Shown piece after piece: positions 60,345 to 64,000 of a stretch of DNA of 64,000 nt. This DNA comes from Paragordius varius (taxonomy: Eukaryota; Animalia; Nematomorpha). The stretch lies in assembly GCA_964247055.1 (NCBI GenBank), contig OZ176052.1, positions 6,200,001 through 6,264,000 on the forward strand, written 5' to 3'. Each line of letters begins with the position of its first letter. Positions within the stretch are counted from its first letter, which is position 1. The notes beneath the pieces were generated by a model that did no database searches, had not been told where the DNA came from, and worked only from the letters and a program-made list of their open reading frames with translations. Made by a program: the position numbers and the translations under genes.

Positions 60345-61310
60345 AAAAAACCGTCAAATAAAGACATTTGGTAAAAAACGAGAAAAAGAAAAAAAGCATG
60401 TTTGTCATTATTTTAATTATCGATGTTTTTCCTTTATAGTAACATTCAATAAAATAGATTTAGTTTAAATAAATATAAATAATTTTTGAATGATTTTGTT
60501 TTGCGTTCCTTAAACAAACGCTCTATTCGGCTATATTGATCCATAAAAGTTTTACAACGCGGTGCTTTGTTATTAAAAAAATCCAATTCATGAAAAAAAC
60601 ATCCGATGGTATTCAACTGGGAAGAATAGGGGAGTAGAAAAATCAACCTATCCCTTAAATCTACAAGCATTGAGTAGATATATTTATCGGTGCGTTATCG
60701 CATACGATGCAAGAGCCTTCCAACAAATGTAGGGATTCTTGCATAAATTTGATGGAATACCTTGGAAGAGCCCCTTTTTTGATTTCAACATCAATGATTA
60801 TTCAAATACTGTCATACATAGGAGTTATACGTTTTTCCCTGCGATATTTTTGTAATAAACTATTTTTAAAAACCTTTTACTACAGGAAGTCGACCAGAAT
60901 ATGCGTATCCATAAATATTTTTTGGTTGGTGAAAATCCAGATTCATGGAGTACCACTATTGCCCGGCTCTTGCGTTGTCTGCGATAACGCACCGATTTAT
61001 AAGGCGTCGGTGCTTGAAGATTTAAGAGAAGGTTATTTTTCAAGGTACCTTATTCCCCCCAATTAAATCCCATTGAATGTTTTTTTCATGAAATAAAACT
61101 TTATTATAACAAAGCACCACGGTGTAAAATATTTAATGGAACAATATAGCCGAATAAGACTTTTGTGGGATGAAGGCAAATCAAAATCATAAAAAAATTA
61201 TTCTCAGTTTTCTAAAACTATTTTATTGAATGTTGCCTTAAATAAAAAAAGAAATAATGAAAATAATTACAAACATGGTTTTTAATTGACGTCTTTATTT
61301 AGTGTTATTT
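60345..61310. mobile_element. IS630/Tc1/mariner (DDE) transposase remnants in tail-out inverted arrangement, inside a DHCR24 intron
   Basis: Plus strand CDNAPIYK...PYSPQLNPIECFFHE (frameshifted) at about 60970-61100; diverged inverted copy LLPYSSQLNTIGCFFHE at 60446-60670. Confidence 0.7.
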
Positions 61311-61326
61311 TAATTATTATTATATT

Positions 61327-62325
61327 ACTAGCGTAAATCTCGTGCTGCTACGCAGCCCGAGGAAGTCCTTCGGACTTCTGGGAGGGGGGCATTTTTGATT
61401 TTATAAGCAATTTTGGTATGTCGCACGAAGTTTCTCATAAGTTTTCTGAAATTTGGCTCCAAAGGCATGCTGTATCGATATGATGGCGCAGTTGTAGGCG
61501 GGTAGCCCCCTATCCAGAGGCCAATATAAAAATGTAGTTAGATAAAAAATTAGCCTTTATACCTGGAATAATCGTTCGTCCCTAATAGTTTATGGAAGAA
61601 TGGCTTCAAAACTAAATAATAGTTCAATGATAGCGCCTTTTTTAGAGAGTAAAGGGCCTATTTAACAACTAATTCAAAAAATCTGCGCGACTAAAATTTT
61701 TGACTTTTTACGGGTATTACTTTAAGCAGCTATTGAACTCATATGGCCTAATAGGTTTTCTGAAATTTAGCCCCAAAAGCACGCTATTTCGATATGGCGG
61801 GTCAGTTTTTCGCGGGTAGCTTCTTACTCAGCAGCTATCATGAAAGAAACGCTTGACTAAAATTTTTGCCTTAAACAGGGAATATGTGGAATCCTTATTG
61901 AAGTTTTACGGTCTCATACTTGGGCGAAAAATAGATTGAAAAAATTATTTTTGTGGACTTTGTTTTTAGAAAAAAATGGCATTTTACGGGGGGAGCGGGT
62001 AAAAAGAGGGCCTAAATTAAAAAAGCGAGCCGACTATGTTCGGCGCAATCGAAAATAAGTAAACAAAAATCATATTTGAAATTGAATGGTCCAACACGTT
62101 CTCCGGAAAATTGTCTCAAAGACACGATTTTTGTGGACTTCTGTTTTTTAAAAAAACCCGTTTTTCATACGGGGTGGGTCCGAACTGGGGGCCTATTTCA
62201 AAAAAGGGAGCAATTGTCGGGGCATTCATTATATATTTTTTCGATGTTTGGATTTGAATGGGTCTACCGGTTTTCCTGTACCAGATCACAAAGCCAGCAT
62301 TTTCCATTTTTGTAAATATATAGAT
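61327..62325 (+). mobile_element. Helentron/HINE-like element, monomeric 1-kb copy
   Basis: Same 5' hairpins and same ...atatatagat 3' end as 31095-33370; internal repeated subunits. Confidence 0.7.
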
Positions 62326-62490
62326 GATAATTATTGCGTAAATATATTCACTAATTAACAAATATCCATTTTCTATTTTAATAACAGTTGTAAAATCCGT
62401 AATAAATAATGATAATCGAAAATTAAATAGATAATTAATAGAAGGATAATTATTAACAGAAACGATATGTGAAACCCTTTCGTTATAATA

Positions 62491-62533
62491 ATCGTAGATT
62501 AGTTTCGTGTTTGCTAGCACTCATCAGTACGAC
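62491..62533 (-). ncRNA. Minimal type I hammerhead ribozyme motif at the apex of a second foldback copy (62381-62570)
   Basis: Minus strand: GTCGTA-CTGATGA-GTG ctagcaaa CAC-GAAA-CTAA-TC-TACGAT. Full core; stem I pairs over 6 bp including one G-U. Confidence 0.65.
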
Positions 62534-63379
62534 ACAACTATTTGACTTGGGGTTTTCACATATCGATTTTGTATATATATCCAACCAGTTTCTTAAAATA
62601 TTTATTCATTATTTAGTAACAAGAACAGGGAAATAATTGTGTATTAAGATTAAGTAATGTAAACACAGTAGTTTATGATATAAAAGATAGTCCACTAAAT
62701 AAACTAAATAAATATTACATAAAAGGGAAAAATATTTAATTTCAACCAGTTGAAATTTTTTTTACCATACGCTACTGTAATTAAGTTAGTCCAAAACTAA
62801 ATAAAGAAAATAAATATTACATATAAGAAAAAATATTTGATCTAAACCAGTTATTGTTTTTTAATATACGCTACTGTAAATTTAATTTAAATAACTTTTC
62901 ATAGCACTTTATGTAAAAGAAAACTTGTGTTAAAAAAATAAATTTTGTTTCCATAAATATATATTAGGATATTGCAAAAAATATTATTAAATAAATATCT
63001 CACTAAGTCCAATATACCAGTAACAGCATCCTGTTTTTTTTTCAAATTTATAAAACACATTTGTACGGATAATTTAATCATAAACACTTAATAAATCCTT
63101 TCTATTAAAAATAATTATCCATACACATTTTTTAATAAGTATATATATTCATTTTTTATATTATTCATTTGTTTTTTCGCGCTTACTTTTATTGTATTAC
63201 ACAGTGTGCAACAAATTTACTCAATTGTGAAAATCATATTTTAAAGACAAACTTGCTAATCACAAGCAAACATCCACCAGAAAGTTATATTTTGATACAT
63301 TATGTTTATTGTGTAATAAATCTAATACATATAATATATTTAATTTTTTTAATCTAAAATTATTTACTTGTTTTTGAAC

Positions 63380-63730
63380 GAATGTAGGCAAGGTCGCCAA
63401 AAATAAAACTCCTCCAAAGATTTCTATTTTTAGTTTTAATGTTGAGTTCTGCCAAAGAATTGGTTTCTCTTAGATTACCCATTCTAATTTAAATAAAACT
63501 CCTCCATAGATTGCTATTTTTTGTTATGTTGAGTTATGCCAGTATTCAGGCACATAATTATTTTAGGTTCATTCTTCAAATTAGAAATGTAAATTTAAAA
63601 AAATCTTCTGAATACGGCCAGTTTTTTCTTGAATTATTTTTTAAAAAACGGTTTATGGCAAAAGAAAGTGTTAACGAAGTGTACATCAGTTTTACCAAAA
63701 CTTGGGCTCTAAAAGCTTATTTATGGCCCT
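63380..63730 (-). mobile_element. Decayed RTE-like LINE 3' remnant
   Basis: Minus strand RETNSLAELNIKTKNRNLWRSFI resembles the C-terminus of the 47451-47708 ORF (LGELNIKNKNRNLWRSLI). Confidence 0.55.
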
Positions 63731-64000
63731 GAATTATCAATTAATTTTTTTGTTATACTTATTTTTAATATAAATGTCTGCAAGTTTTTATAGTTATAGT
63801 ATGTTGCACGGTTCATGAGACAAGATTTTGCAGCCCTTTTAATTTTTTTGTTGAGTACCATTTCTTTAAATTCTATTTAAATCTATTAAAAGGTGTTGAT
63901 AATCATTTTATAAACTATTTTAATCGGGTATTTCATGTTATTAATATTTTGGCAAAATTCTCAATATCAAGAACTTTTTCAACGAGTTGAATTTCATATA

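Noticed and set aside
62690-62880. Short tandem duplication of about 120 bp
   Set aside because: A diverged AT-rich local duplication with no further structure.

Overview
Very AT-rich (visually about 75% or more) eukaryotic genomic DNA, almost certainly from an invertebrate animal, using GT-AG introns and the standard genetic code. I could build four multi-exon genes by hand with consistent intron phases: (1) an inverted-formin (INF2/FHDC1/form3-type) gene on +, about 7814-26059; (2) the RNA polymerase III second-largest subunit POLR3B/RPC2 on -, 26340-44969, 23 exons, about 1388 aa, with large lineage-specific insertions; (3) a secreted EGF + 2x laminin-G protein on +, 50136-57484; (4) the 3' half of delta24-sterol reductase DHCR24 on -, 57758-60197, whose 5' exons were not found. 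Introns and intergenic DNA hold Chapaev3-like, TTAA-targeting, Tc1/mariner, Helentron-like, Penelope-like and RTE-like elements. The most notable observations are: two apparent ultra-short introns (24 and 22 nt) at the 5' end of the essential POLR3B gene; a small foldback element in two copies with a minimal hammerhead ribozyme at its apex; and a 3-kb Chapaev3-like palindrome made of two 3' ends, one of several foldback elements from unrelated superfamilies. All calls come from reading the sequence and from recalled family motifs; no searches or computations were run.
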